DNA of 20,000 bases from NCBI GenBank assembly GCA_010093745.1, contig MU006027.1, positions 47,430 to 67,429 on the forward strand, read 5' to 3'. The DNA comes from Piedraia hortae CBS 480.64. Taxonomy: Eukaryota. This document shows, piece by piece, positions 11,201 through 19,765 of this stretch. The notes beneath the pieces were generated by a model, which saw only the letters and a program-made list of their open reading frames with translations, did no database searches and was not told the origin of the DNA. The first letter of the stretch is position 1; the number at the start of each line of letters is the position of its first letter. Position numbers and translations under genes: made by a program.

Positions 11201-11779
11201 CCGTCTTGGCATCAGGAGAGCAAGTGGAAAAGCTTTTGCTGCTTGATGCTCCTTGCCCAGTCAATCTGGATCCACTGCCTACACGCCTGCATATCTTCTT
11301 CAACGAGATCGGCCTCTTGGGAACCGGAGATCCAAGCAAGACACCCAAGTGGCTTTTGCCTCACTTCGCTGCTGCCGTTCGATCCCTCTCAGATTATGAT
11401 CCAAAGCCTTCGATTGCACCTGTTCCAACGTAAGTGCACTCACCTCTGCCGTGTTCTCTGCTGACATTGATAGGTTCGCTATTTGGGCGCGCCAGGGCGT
11501 GGCCGGTGACCCTTCAGATCCGCGACCTCCCCCGGCTGAAGATGAGGACCCGGCTCCCATGAAGTGGCTGCTAAATCACCGGACCGACTTTGGCGATAAC
11601 GGCTGGGCGCAACTGTGCGGATTGGAGAACATGAAATTTGGTGTCATGGTAAGTGTTTTCATCACCATTTGATTCTTGGCTAATTTTCCTAGGGTGGTCA
11701 TCACTTCAGCATGATGAAGGATCCCCATGCAACAGATTTGGGAAGGTTAATACGACAAGGTATTGACTGGCAGCCATGA
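5206..11779 (+). CDS. PKS1: Non-reducing iterative type I polyketide synthase of DHN melanin (SAT-KS-MAT-PT-ACP-ACP-TE/CLC), ~2161 aa; exons 5206-11429, 11474-11648, 11693-11779
   Basis: SAT GLCTG; KS DTACSSSL, EMHGTGT and GHAEAASG; MAT GHSLG; PT dyad candidates CGHMVN and HIDGSCH; two ACPs (LGVDSLL, MGMDSLM); TE GWSAGG. Two 44-nt GTAAGT..TAG introns (11430-11473, 11649-11692) complete the TE, including the His in GGHHFSMMKDPH, with TGA at 11777-11779. No KR/DH/ER domains. Confidence 0.96.
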
Positions 11780-11990
11780 GGCTATCTGTAAAAATTGCAT
11801 TTGGGCGTTGGCGTTTGGTGATAGAGATGTGAATATCTAATAATGCGCGTAGGGTGGCTCCCTGCGCGTGTATAGACGTAACGAGTTTCGATCATGTTGT
11901 GCATACCAAAGTGCAGAAGCAGAACCTGGTGCTGACTCAGCAAAAGCACTCTCATTCAGGCGAATGCGTGACTGACATCACGGCGGAACA

Positions 11991-12662
11991 ATGCCCGAGG
12001 AGGACCCGTACTTTCTTTCGTTTCTACATCTGCTCAACAACGTATGCTGAAATTGGTAGAATGGCCAACCCACGTGGCATCCCCGTGGCGCCTTTTGTAG
12101 ACAAGATTGAAGATTACGTTTCTTCGCGCGATGAAGTGGAACCATGCCTTCGCCGTTTTGCCGAAATGATATCGTCTGTTTGTTTTTGAAAGCACCAAAT
12201 TCTCACTAATACAAGCTAGAAAGTATCGTTTTATGCAGACAAACACGGAGCAACGAGCATTGAGGTTGAAGGACAAGCTGCCCGACATCCAGAAAACACT
12301 GGATACTGTTCAGTTCTTGCAAAAGGAGCACGAGACCCTGGAAACAGTGTTTGAGCTCAACGACACGCTCTATGCAAAGGCAGGATTTGACCCTCCCAAG
12401 GAGGTTTATCTTTGGCTTGGCGCGAACGTTATGCTTTCGTATCCTCTTCATGAAGCTGCGGAACTGTTGACCTCGAAGCGAGATGCAGCTAGACAGGCAC
12501 TCAAGGACTGCGAAGAGGATCTTGATTTCTTGAGAGAGCAAATAACTGTACGGTATTGCCGTATCAACGTCAATGCAAGCTGACTTGGAGCAGACAATGG
12601 AAGTCGCCACTGCACGAGTGTATAACTGGGATGTTGGACAGCGCAGAAAAGAAAAAAATTGA
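11991..12662 (+). CDS. PAC10: Prefoldin subunit 3 (Pac10/Gim2/VBP1), ~175 aa; exons 11991-12007, 12060-12173, 12220-12547, 12594-12662
   Basis: Spliced product MPEEDPMANPRGIPVAPFVDKIEDYV...FAEMISKYRFMQ...FELNDTLYAKA...EVYLWLGANVMLSYP...DLDFLREQITTMEVATARVYNWDV...* contains the canonical PFD3 motifs. Introns are 52, 46 and 46 nt. The first mini-exon is less certain; the ATG at 12061 is an alternative start. Confidence 0.93.
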
Positions 12663-12902
12663 AGACTTGAGACGGAAACGAGCAGTTTGAGTCCAAGTCA
12701 AGCCACTTAGATGCTGCACAGGAGAAATGAAGCCAGCGTGTTAACGATATTACACTTATTCTGAGTCCGCATGCCCTGTCGCTCTCGTACATAAGTGGTC
12801 GAGCAGTAGCCGCTCCCAAGGACCATCGGTTGAACAAGAGCAGGAATCGTCTATGCCAAACTCGACAACGGAAGTGAAGTGCAATTTATACCGCACGACA
12901 CG

Positions 12903-13910
12903 CTATTCAAACGCCTTCCATCCATAAAGCTGTCCAAACCATTTTCTGGCCAAACGTGTCCCAGCTTCAGTAGGCTGACTGAACGCTACGTCATCCTTCG
13001 TTAACGGCTTTGTAGATGCGAGCGCCGTATCGAGAAGGCTACTGGCAATACCCTCACAACGACATCGAGGAGATGTCCATATACGTGCGATCCCCAAGCG
13101 AGCAGGAACAGGAACCGAGGAGACAAGCAATGGTTGTGATGTAGCCTGAGCCTCGGCTTCCGCCGCAGCCAACCTGCGCAGCTTTAACGCCTCAACGGCC
13201 GACACACTGTGGTGCAGAATAGGCTTCGTGGGATTCACTTGAGGTTTTAATACTAATCGCGCCTCTGAGAGGCCGACTGTAAGCGCGAACCCAACACATT
13301 TGGTCCCCCGCACATACAAATATGCCGTGAAATGCGGCCCCCGATCTTTGGATGAGGCCCAGAGTTGCTGAGCAGATATGGGAACGGCGCCTAGCTCGCG
13401 CTGCACGGATTCGAGTACTGACTGCACTTTTTTACGGCGGGTATGGTGATCCAGGTGAGTGATGGCGCAAATCCAATCGCCCTCCAATACGCCAGGAAAG
13501 ACCGTACCCAAGCGCGCCTTTCCTGCGAATTCCTTGCCCACATCATAGCCATCTACTGCCTGCTGATGATAACGGTCGTGAAGCTTTCGATCTTCGGCCG
13601 ATGAAGCCACGTATTCCATACCACAGGTCGGACATTGCTTCTGTATCGTCTGGCCCAAATTGATTTGCAACTGCGTCAAGCGATCGCACGCCGACCTTTT
13701 CTTCGTCGGTCGCGCCGCATGTGTGACAGGAGTGGCACTTTTTCGCTTGCCCAGCACGGCAAATGCGCTTGGTGCAATGTATTTGTTGTTGGACTGCCTT
13801 TCCCCAGGATATGCCGGTGGTGAAGAGGGAGGGCTTAACGACCGCTGAGCGATATCCGAAAAAAGCTGAATCTTCCCAACCGGCGAGGAAGACAGGTCAG
13901 ACGAATCCAT
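12903..13910 (-). CDS. ECO1: Sister-chromatid cohesion N-acetyltransferase Eco1/Ctf7 (ESCO family), 335 aa, intronless
   Basis: PIP-box-like LTQLQINLG, C2H2 finger CPTCGMEY...EDRKLHDRYH, and acetyltransferase C-terminus LGIARIWTS...GIASSLLD...VAFSQPTEAG. Confidence 0.92.
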   Translation of the reverse strand: MDSSDLSSSPVGKIQLFSDIAQRSLSPPSSPPAYPGERQSNNKYIAPSAFAVLGKRKSATPVTHAARPTKKRSACDRLTQLQINLGQTIQKQCPTCGMEYVASSAEDRKLHDRYHQQAVDGYDVGKEFAGKARLGTVFPGVLEGDWICAITHLDHHTRRKKVQSVLESVQRELGAVPISAQQLWASSKDRGPHFTAYLYVRGTKCVGFALTVGLSEARLVLKPQVNPTKPILHHSVSAVEALKLRRLAAAEAEAQATSQPLLVSSVPVPARLGIARIWTSPRCRCEGIASSLLDTALASTKPLTKDDVAFSQPTEAGTRLARKWFGQLYGWKAFE

Positions 13911-13968
13911 GTGCAGAATAGTGTAGACGTTGTCGAGCTGGTGGCCGGAAAAGGCGCGTCATTCCTAC

Positions 13969-13996
13969 ACGCGACGCTATGCGACGCGTAACGCGT
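13969..13996. promoter_or_regulatory. Cluster of MCB (MluI cell-cycle box) elements upstream of ECO1
   Basis: ACGCGT at 13984-13989 and 13991-13996 and ACGCGA at 13969-13974, 60-90 bp upstream of the ECO1 ATG. Further ACGCGT at 14094-14099 and 14293-14298. Fits MBF-driven G1/S expression of ECO1 known from yeasts. Confidence 0.72.
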
Positions 13997-14524
13997 AATT
14001 TTAGCGGCGCGACGGACCGTTCCGTACAACCTCACACCATGAAATACATTTCATTGTCGTTCATGGCTAAGGACTAACAGCTCTATTTCGCTGACGCGTG
14101 AAGGAGATTCCAATTCCATGCATCTTCTGTATACTCAGCCTGATCTCCTCCCTTGGCCTCAATATATCCGACCCACTTGTCATTGATACTTGCTCCAATC
14201 ATACAGCATCATTTCACCGTCTCCCATATCATGTCGCAAACAAAAAACATCCAGGACCTTTGTAAACAAAGTTTCGTCGAGTGCTTTTTTCGACGCGTAT
14301 CAGTATTATACAATGGCAAGTTTGCTAATGAAGTCACCATGACGATGGACTGTTTTTCCCCCAAAGCAGAAGGTGCGCTCCAGTTCTTGACTGTCCCGGC
14401 AACCGCCGCGCAATTGACGATAAAATCTCTTTGAATCCTTCTCAGCTTCTCCCAACTTGCACACTCACCGCACTCACCCTTTACCTTCGTTCACAGACAC
14501 AAACCCGTCATTAACGCCTTCATA

Positions 14525-15687
14525 ATGAAGTTCACTGTCGTGCTCGCTGCTGCTGTTGCTAGCGGCATGGTCTCAGCTCGTGAGTTGGACAGCAAAGATG
14601 GTTGGACTTGCTTACAAGATGCAGAGGCCTCCCAAAATGCAACTGTTGACGTTGTCATCGTCAGTCACATCCCAGCCATTTCGTACTCGACTGTGTACAG
14701 TACAAGCGAGGTGACTGTCACACAATGCCCGTCTACAATGACGGACTGTCCAAACGACGCACCAATTTCGACCATCACCTCCATCATTCCGGTCTCGACG
14801 ACGATCTGTCCCATTACCTTAACCGCAATCACGACCTCTCATGCATCTCCAATGCTTAACCTTTCAAGCGCTGCTCCTGGCCTCACTAGTGACCTCGACT
14901 CGATGCCGACCGAGACAATTACACGCAGCGCTTCGGAGACGCTGACGATCTTTTCTGCTTCCAGATTGACCACCAGTTTGACTTTGACCTCATTGAACAC
15001 ATGGTCGATCCCTGCGCCCGTGAGCACGCCGGCCATGACACCAAGGTTGGGGAACATGTCAACTGCTGCGTCTTTTTCTACGGGTCAGGCTGCTGGATTC
15101 TCAACTGCGGTCCCCGCGTCATCAGAGATGTCGACTACAAGCCCTACAACCCCACACAATGTCACGATGAATCCCTTTACAACGTCCACTGTGGCTACGG
15201 GACCCAATTTGCCCACACTGTCAACCGAGGCTGAAGTACATCCAACACCAATGACCACGAGTGGAAATATGGTGTCGACAGCAAGCATTAATAACACTTC
15301 AAACGAAAGCATGGTCGTCTCTTCTACAGTTGCCCCGGTACTTGGCACAAATACTGCATCAACGACTACTGTGCGTGTAAGCGGTTCTATTATTTAGTAC
15401 TAGGCTAACATTGACAGTTTTACGGCAGCACGCTCTACTCGTACCAGCCAGGTTCGAGTAACATCATGTACTCTTACCAGCCAGTTCAAAGCACGGCAAA
15501 CGCTGGGGCAATCGGAGGTCCTGGATCGCCTGCTGGAACAACTCCCAGCCCAACGGGAGACAGCGGGCGCAATGGGACTGTAGCGACGACTTTGCAACCG
15601 CAACCGTTTACTGGTGGCGCGAAGGGGTTGGGCACTAGTTTACTTGGAGGCATTGCCGGGGGGTTGATACTGTTGTTTGCGTTTTGA
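14525..15687 (+). CDS. Secreted Ser/Thr-rich, probably GPI-anchored cell-wall protein, ~356-358 aa; probable introns 14580-14624 and 15371(or 15377)-15417
   Basis: Signal peptide MKFTVVLAAAVASGMVSA; Cys-containing wall-protein motif STVYSTSEVTVTQCPSTMTDCP...VSTTICP; long S/T-rich stalk with several N-x-S/T sites. An intron with GCTAAC..CAG joins in frame to ORF 15466-15687, which ends in FTGGA plus the hydrophobic tail LLGGIAGGLILLFAF* (GPI signal). Confidence 0.82.
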
Positions 15688-15879
15688 GGTGGTTGATTGT
15701 TTGGGAGACAAGTGCGAGTCTCGTATAGGTCACGATAAGTATGAGGTTGCTTCATGCTAATCTTCTCCATGACATTGAAGGGTAATGAAGTTGCACTGGG
15801 CGTTGCGAGCGAAAAGGCAATGTGCCAGGCGAGAAGGACGAGAGCGTAATGAGTCAGGGTTTTCGTTGCTCGTAGGTTA

Positions 15880-16707
15880 TTAAACACGACTCCACCTTCC
15901 TTCTTCTCGTACTACCCGTCCCTCGTTTTCAAGCTTTTCCAGCACCTGCGTCACGCCTCCTTCGGCAGCTGCATGAAGGTTTTTTGGATAATTGCGGTAG
16001 ACGGTTCCTACAATCTCACCGCTTGTTTGGCGCTTGTTTGTGTCCAAAACTTGCAGGATTTGTTCCTCCCTCTCCCTACGGTGTGTAAGATACTCACGCA
16101 CTTTGCCAGGTCCATCCTCGATAACTGAACCGTGGGCAGGGTAGGCGCGTCCGACGAATTGCTTCTCCAGTTTATTTAGACCACGCAAGTAGGCCACGAG
16201 ATCTTCGAACACGGCCGTCCCGTGCCCTAAGACTGCGTCACCGGTGAACATGGCGTCTTCCTCTTCAAGCATCAACGCCGTGTGATCGGCAGTGTGGCCT
16301 GGGCAATGTACGGCGCGCAGTGTTGCGCTTTGGGTCCGAAATACCTGGCCGTCTGTCATAGGCTTCCATGCTTTGGAACCATAAGGGGTGGCTGGGTCTG
16401 CGGGATACTTGAAAACGTCGGCTTCTGGCGACAATTCAAGCGCATCGGATACGCCGCCGACGTGGTCGGGATGCCAATGAGTTAGGATGATTGTTCGCAC
16501 TCGCGCGTGCTCGTCCTCCAGTAAAGACTGCAGTCGTTCTCGCCACTCTGACTTGCCTTCACCTGTGTCGATTAAGACACGTTCGGGCCCCGTTCCTACC
16601 AGGTACGTATTGGTTCCTTGCAGCGTGAACGGGCCTGGATTATGGCCCAAAATGCGCACGACACGCTCGCTCAATCGTTCAACATCTCTAAGCCGCGGCA
16701 ATGCCAT
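15880..16707 (-). CDS. LACTB2: LACTB2-like metallo-beta-lactamase-fold hydrolase, 275 aa, intronless
   Basis: RILGHNPGPFTLQGTNTYLVG, LIDTGEG, metal-binding THWHPDH, PGHTADH, FTGDAVLGHG, YPAHG and YLTHRREREEQIL, followed by a short winged-helix-like C-terminus. Confidence 0.85.
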   Translation of the reverse strand: MALPRLRDVERLSERVVRILGHNPGPFTLQGTNTYLVGTGPERVLIDTGEGKSEWRERLQSLLEDEHARVRTIILTHWHPDHVGGVSDALELSPEADVFKYPADPATPYGSKAWKPMTDGQVFRTQSATLRAVHCPGHTADHTALMLEEEDAMFTGDAVLGHGTAVFEDLVAYLRGLNKLEKQFVGRAYPAHGSVIEDGPGKVREYLTHRREREEQILQVLDTNKRQTSGEIVGTVYRNYPKNLHAAAEGGVTQVLEKLENEGRVVREEGRWSRV

Positions 16708-16807
16708 TGTGTAGGGAAACCCACAACGTTAACAATCATGTGTAAGTCACAAGTGGCCATTATGATATATAGCTGTTCTACCTCTTTAAACGTCGTGGAC
16801 CCACAGT

Positions 16808-18689
16808 CTACTTCCCATATGTGCTCAGCCTTGCGAGAATTTCCTGCATGTTCACTTGGCTGCCACCTTGTTGCGGAGTCACCGCCCCAGTATAGGCTGA
16901 GGATGGATGGTTCGAACCTGCTGGAGGTACGGCGACACCGCTTTGCATTGCTGAGAAAAAGTTCTGCACACGGTTGGCATCAAGGCTGGACATGAGACTC
17001 GGCAGGTTTGCTGCATCGTTTTGCAGTGTTGGGACAAGAGGCTGCGAGCCATGTGCTTGGTAGCCGGCATAGGATTGCTGGGGCACGACCGGACGAGAGT
17101 TGTACATGTACGTGGATGGCGCCACCGTCTGACTTCTGCCTTTGGCGCGCAGAACCAACTCGGCACACACTGCTGGCTCTAATCCCTGGTACTCCTCGAA
17201 TTGAACATTGTTAGGGCCTCTGCGGTCGAAAATTTGTAGCCCAATCTTGCTGGTGCTTTGATTATGATGGTCAAGCTTCACAACTCCTAGCACGCCTTCC
17301 ACAATTTGACGCCTGATTACAGCAGATTCGTTCAGCCTAGGGCTTAGTAGTAGCACGTCGATGCGTATGCCTCTTGCAGAAAATGCCTTTTCCACCCACG
17401 AAATGAAATTGCGCTCGAGGTTGTTCAGCACAATCATCTGTACATCTGGGACCTCGTGTGGTTGGCGCTTGGGGAGTGGAAGATCCTCGTCATGGGGCGG
17501 GCTTCGACCAGAGTTTCTCTGACCGTAATCAGGCGAACTCAAGCGATACCCACGGTCCTCGAGCCGTTCCCTCCACCGAGGCGATGGAGAACGTCGGCTG
17601 TGATGTCGACCTCCACTGGCGCGCCCTGAAGCATGCCTCGCTGTTCCCCTTTTGTCCGGTGATCTCGAGCGACGTCTTTGCTGATTTTGTGATTGACGAG
17701 TCTTTTGAGGCTTGGAAATTTCGAGATCTTGCCAAGGTGAGCGTCATCCTGAAGCACTGAGAGCTAACTTACGGATTCTCTTATCCCGGATTACAGTCCC
17801 TTGTTCTTTTTGCAAAGCTCTCAGACAATCTTCTGAGCGCAGAAATTGCACGAATCCATAAGCTTGTTTTATGCTTACCTGGGCAAGCTCGCCGTATGGA
17901 TGGAAAACATGGAAGATATCACGTTTGGTGACCTTGTCACTGGAAAGGTTGCCTGCATGTCAATTAGCTATAAAATGGCCAAGAACGTGTGCCCTTACCG
18001 ACAAAAAGCCTGGAGCCATGCGGAAATTGATCCCATCGCCCTTCATTAACATAGCCTCTTTCAACCTCAATGAATCGATCATACTTGGCCTGGATAGTGG
18101 CATCCCAAGGGCGGTCGTCCTTTTCAGCAGCTACGGGTTCTGCACCGGCAGGTGCATTGCTCAGAAGGGCACCAGCAATGGCATTGGGAAGGGAGACTTG
18201 AATTGTACCATGAGTGTGTTGGAAGGAGGCGTAGTCACGGTCGTGCTGTACTTGTTCTTGAGATGTCGAGATTGCAGGAAGGGTAGGAGTTGGTGCGTTG
18301 GGTTGAACATGAACAGATGAGCTCTGGACATGCTGTTGAAGATGTCCGCCAGTATGCCCGTGAGTAGTATCCGAGTGTACATCCTCGACTAGAGACAACT
18401 GTGGAATCGTGGCTATTCTGTGTTCTTCCCAAGTACCCTGCTCACCGCTAATGTTCGCCGCAGCCTCTTCCGAATGCCAACAGTCTGGCCGAACCTCGGT
18501 GTTGCGCATCGACGGATTGGCCATATGCTTCTCCGTCTGGTTAAAAGCTACGTCCGTCTGCATGTCAAGGACGGTTATATTGACGGGGGACGGTAGATGG
18601 AGCGGCTTGGGAGAGGCGGGCGACAGCAGAGCTGCCTCGCCCCTCTGCAAAGGTTCTTCGGGCGACTCAGACAGACGTTTGTCGTTCAT
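16808..18689 (-). CDS. RRM RNA-binding protein (Nab3-like RRM, RS/SP-rich linker, NCOA5-like C-terminal alpha/beta domain), ~596 aa; exons 18689-17999, 17952-17773, 17727-16808
   Basis: Two GT..AG introns (17998-17953, 46 nt; 17772-17728, 45 nt) assemble SRLFVGNLSSDKVTKRDIFHVFHPYGELAQVSIKQAYGFVQF...RIHLEISKPQK (RNP2 LFVGNL, RNP1 AYGFVQF). This continues through RRRSRSPD into ORF 16808-17542 (VPDVQMIVL...VIRRQIVEGV). The start ATG is inferred. Confidence 0.82.
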
Positions 18690-19086
18690 GTGTTTACAGG
18701 CACGTTGGGGCACAACAAGCGCTGGGAACAGAAGTCCTGTGGGCGTATGGAAGATTTGTTGTGACTTCTGACCGCGGTACAGGTTGAGTTTTACACTTCA
18801 GTGGACAAGGGCACAGTATACACGCGCAGTTGCCACCGCTAATTGTGTCCTAGAGCGGAGGTGACGAACTTCGTAGTGGCGTCCCGCTGATCGGAAGGGG
18901 TAAGTGAGGCGGAAGATGGGAAGACAGCTGGAAGGCTCTTTTTCAAAAACTGGCAATGGCGTCGATGTGGCAAGTGACGATTGTAGTTTATGGATGCATC
19001 GAACGTGTTGCAGGCGATGTCATCGGCCCCGTGGAACGGTTCCGCCCTGACGACATCTGATAAATTCCCCGATCACTGTACACACA

Positions 19087-19620
19087 ATGAAGGCACCACT
19101 GTCCATCTGCCGCCCTTATTCAACTTGTCCGAAGGTACGAGCCACTGATGAGGATCTATGTGCAGCTAGGCATTGGTTCAGTGCATTCAACAAGGACACC
19201 ATCCCTCGCCGGATCGGTAACCTCAGCTTTGCTCGTTCGTCAGGCCCCGGGGGACAAAATGTAAACAAAGTCTCCTCCAAAGCCACGCTGAGAATACCTT
19301 TGTATACTCTTTTCGCACATGTCCCACCATTGCTGCATCCACTCATCAAGTCTTCTCGATATTATGCCCAAAGGAGCAATGAAATCATTGTACAAGCCGA
19401 TGAATCTCGAAAGCAAAGCGAAAATATAGAAATATGTTTTGAAAAATTGCACAATATGCTTTTGCAATCGGGTCGGGAAGCAATACCGAGAAAAACCAGT
19501 CCGGAGAAAGCAAAACGTGTCGAGGTTCTCCAAAAAATTGAGGTATCACGGAGAAAAAAGTCAAAACAACACCACAGTATGAAAAAAGCGTCGCGAAAGA
19601 CTTGCCGATTCGATGATTGA
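19087..19620 (+). CDS. PTH4: Codon-independent peptidyl-tRNA hydrolase, ICT1/ArfB/Pth4 family (mitochondrial ribosome rescue), 177 aa
   Basis: RF-1 domain signature FARSSGPGGQNVNKVSSKA, ADESRKQSEN, and a basic C-terminal tail (RRKKSKQHHSMKKASRK). The short N-terminus has an R-x-Y-S motif compatible with a mitochondrial presequence. Confidence 0.86.
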   Translation: MKAPLSICRPYSTCPKVRATDEDLCAARHWFSAFNKDTIPRRIGNLSFARSSGPGGQNVNKVSSKATLRIPLYTLFAHVPPLLHPLIKSSRYYAQRSNEIIVQADESRKQSENIEICFEKLHNMLLQSGREAIPRKTSPEKAKRVEVLQKIEVSRRKKSKQHHSMKKASRKTCRFDD

Positions 19621-19654
19621 CGATATCAAAGAAATTATTGGGTCAACCTGCCTG

Positions 19655-19742
19655 CCTAGCCCAATGAGCGAAGGATTTTGGGCGTAAACCCTAGCCCAAT
19701 GAGCAAAGGGTTTTGGGCGTGAACCCTAGCATAATGAGCAAA
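19655..19742. repeat. 35-bp tandem repeat, 2.5 copies (consensus CCTAGCCCAATGAGCRAAGGRTTTTGGGCGTRAAC)
   Basis: Units start at 19655, 19690 and 19725 (partial). Copies 1 and 2 differ at 3 of 35 positions, all A/G transitions. Confidence 0.9.
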
Positions 19743-19765
19743 CATCGGCGGGCCTCCGATGTTTG
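19739..19765. other. Perfect 10-bp inverted repeat (hairpin) with 7-nt loop
   Basis: CAAACATCGG (19739-19748), loop cgggcct, CCGATGTTTG (19756-19765). Confidence 0.85.

Noticed and set aside
11430..11433. Apparent premature stop of the PKS (possible pseudogene); likewise the fragmented CMR1, PFD3 and RRM ORFs
   Set aside because: All breaks are resolved by canonical short GT-AG introns that restore the frame and conserved motifs.
5487..11560. Many 60-200 aa antisense and alternate-frame ORFs overlapping the PKS
   Set aside because: Expected shadow ORFs of a GC3-rich coding sequence; none has a recognisable motif.
246..11779. Interpretation as a novel toxin or perylenequinone cluster
   Set aside because: The gene set and motifs match the DHN-melanin core; there is no O-methyltransferase, FAD monooxygenase, laccase/fasciclin or MFS transporter in the window.
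12903..13910. Possible Eso1-type fusion of Eco1 to DNA polymerase eta
   Set aside because: The ORF is 335 aa with no polymerase domain, and its upstream region is an MCB-containing promoter.
14153..14434. 93-aa ORF between ECO1 and the GPI protein, and similar small ORFs at 49-306, 1197-1929 and 4548-5133
   Set aside because: Mostly non-ATG starts, no motifs, and located in promoter or UTR space.
19655..19742. CRISPR-like appearance of the 35-bp repeats
   Set aside because: Units are directly adjacent with no unique spacers, there are no cas genes, and the context is eukaryotic.
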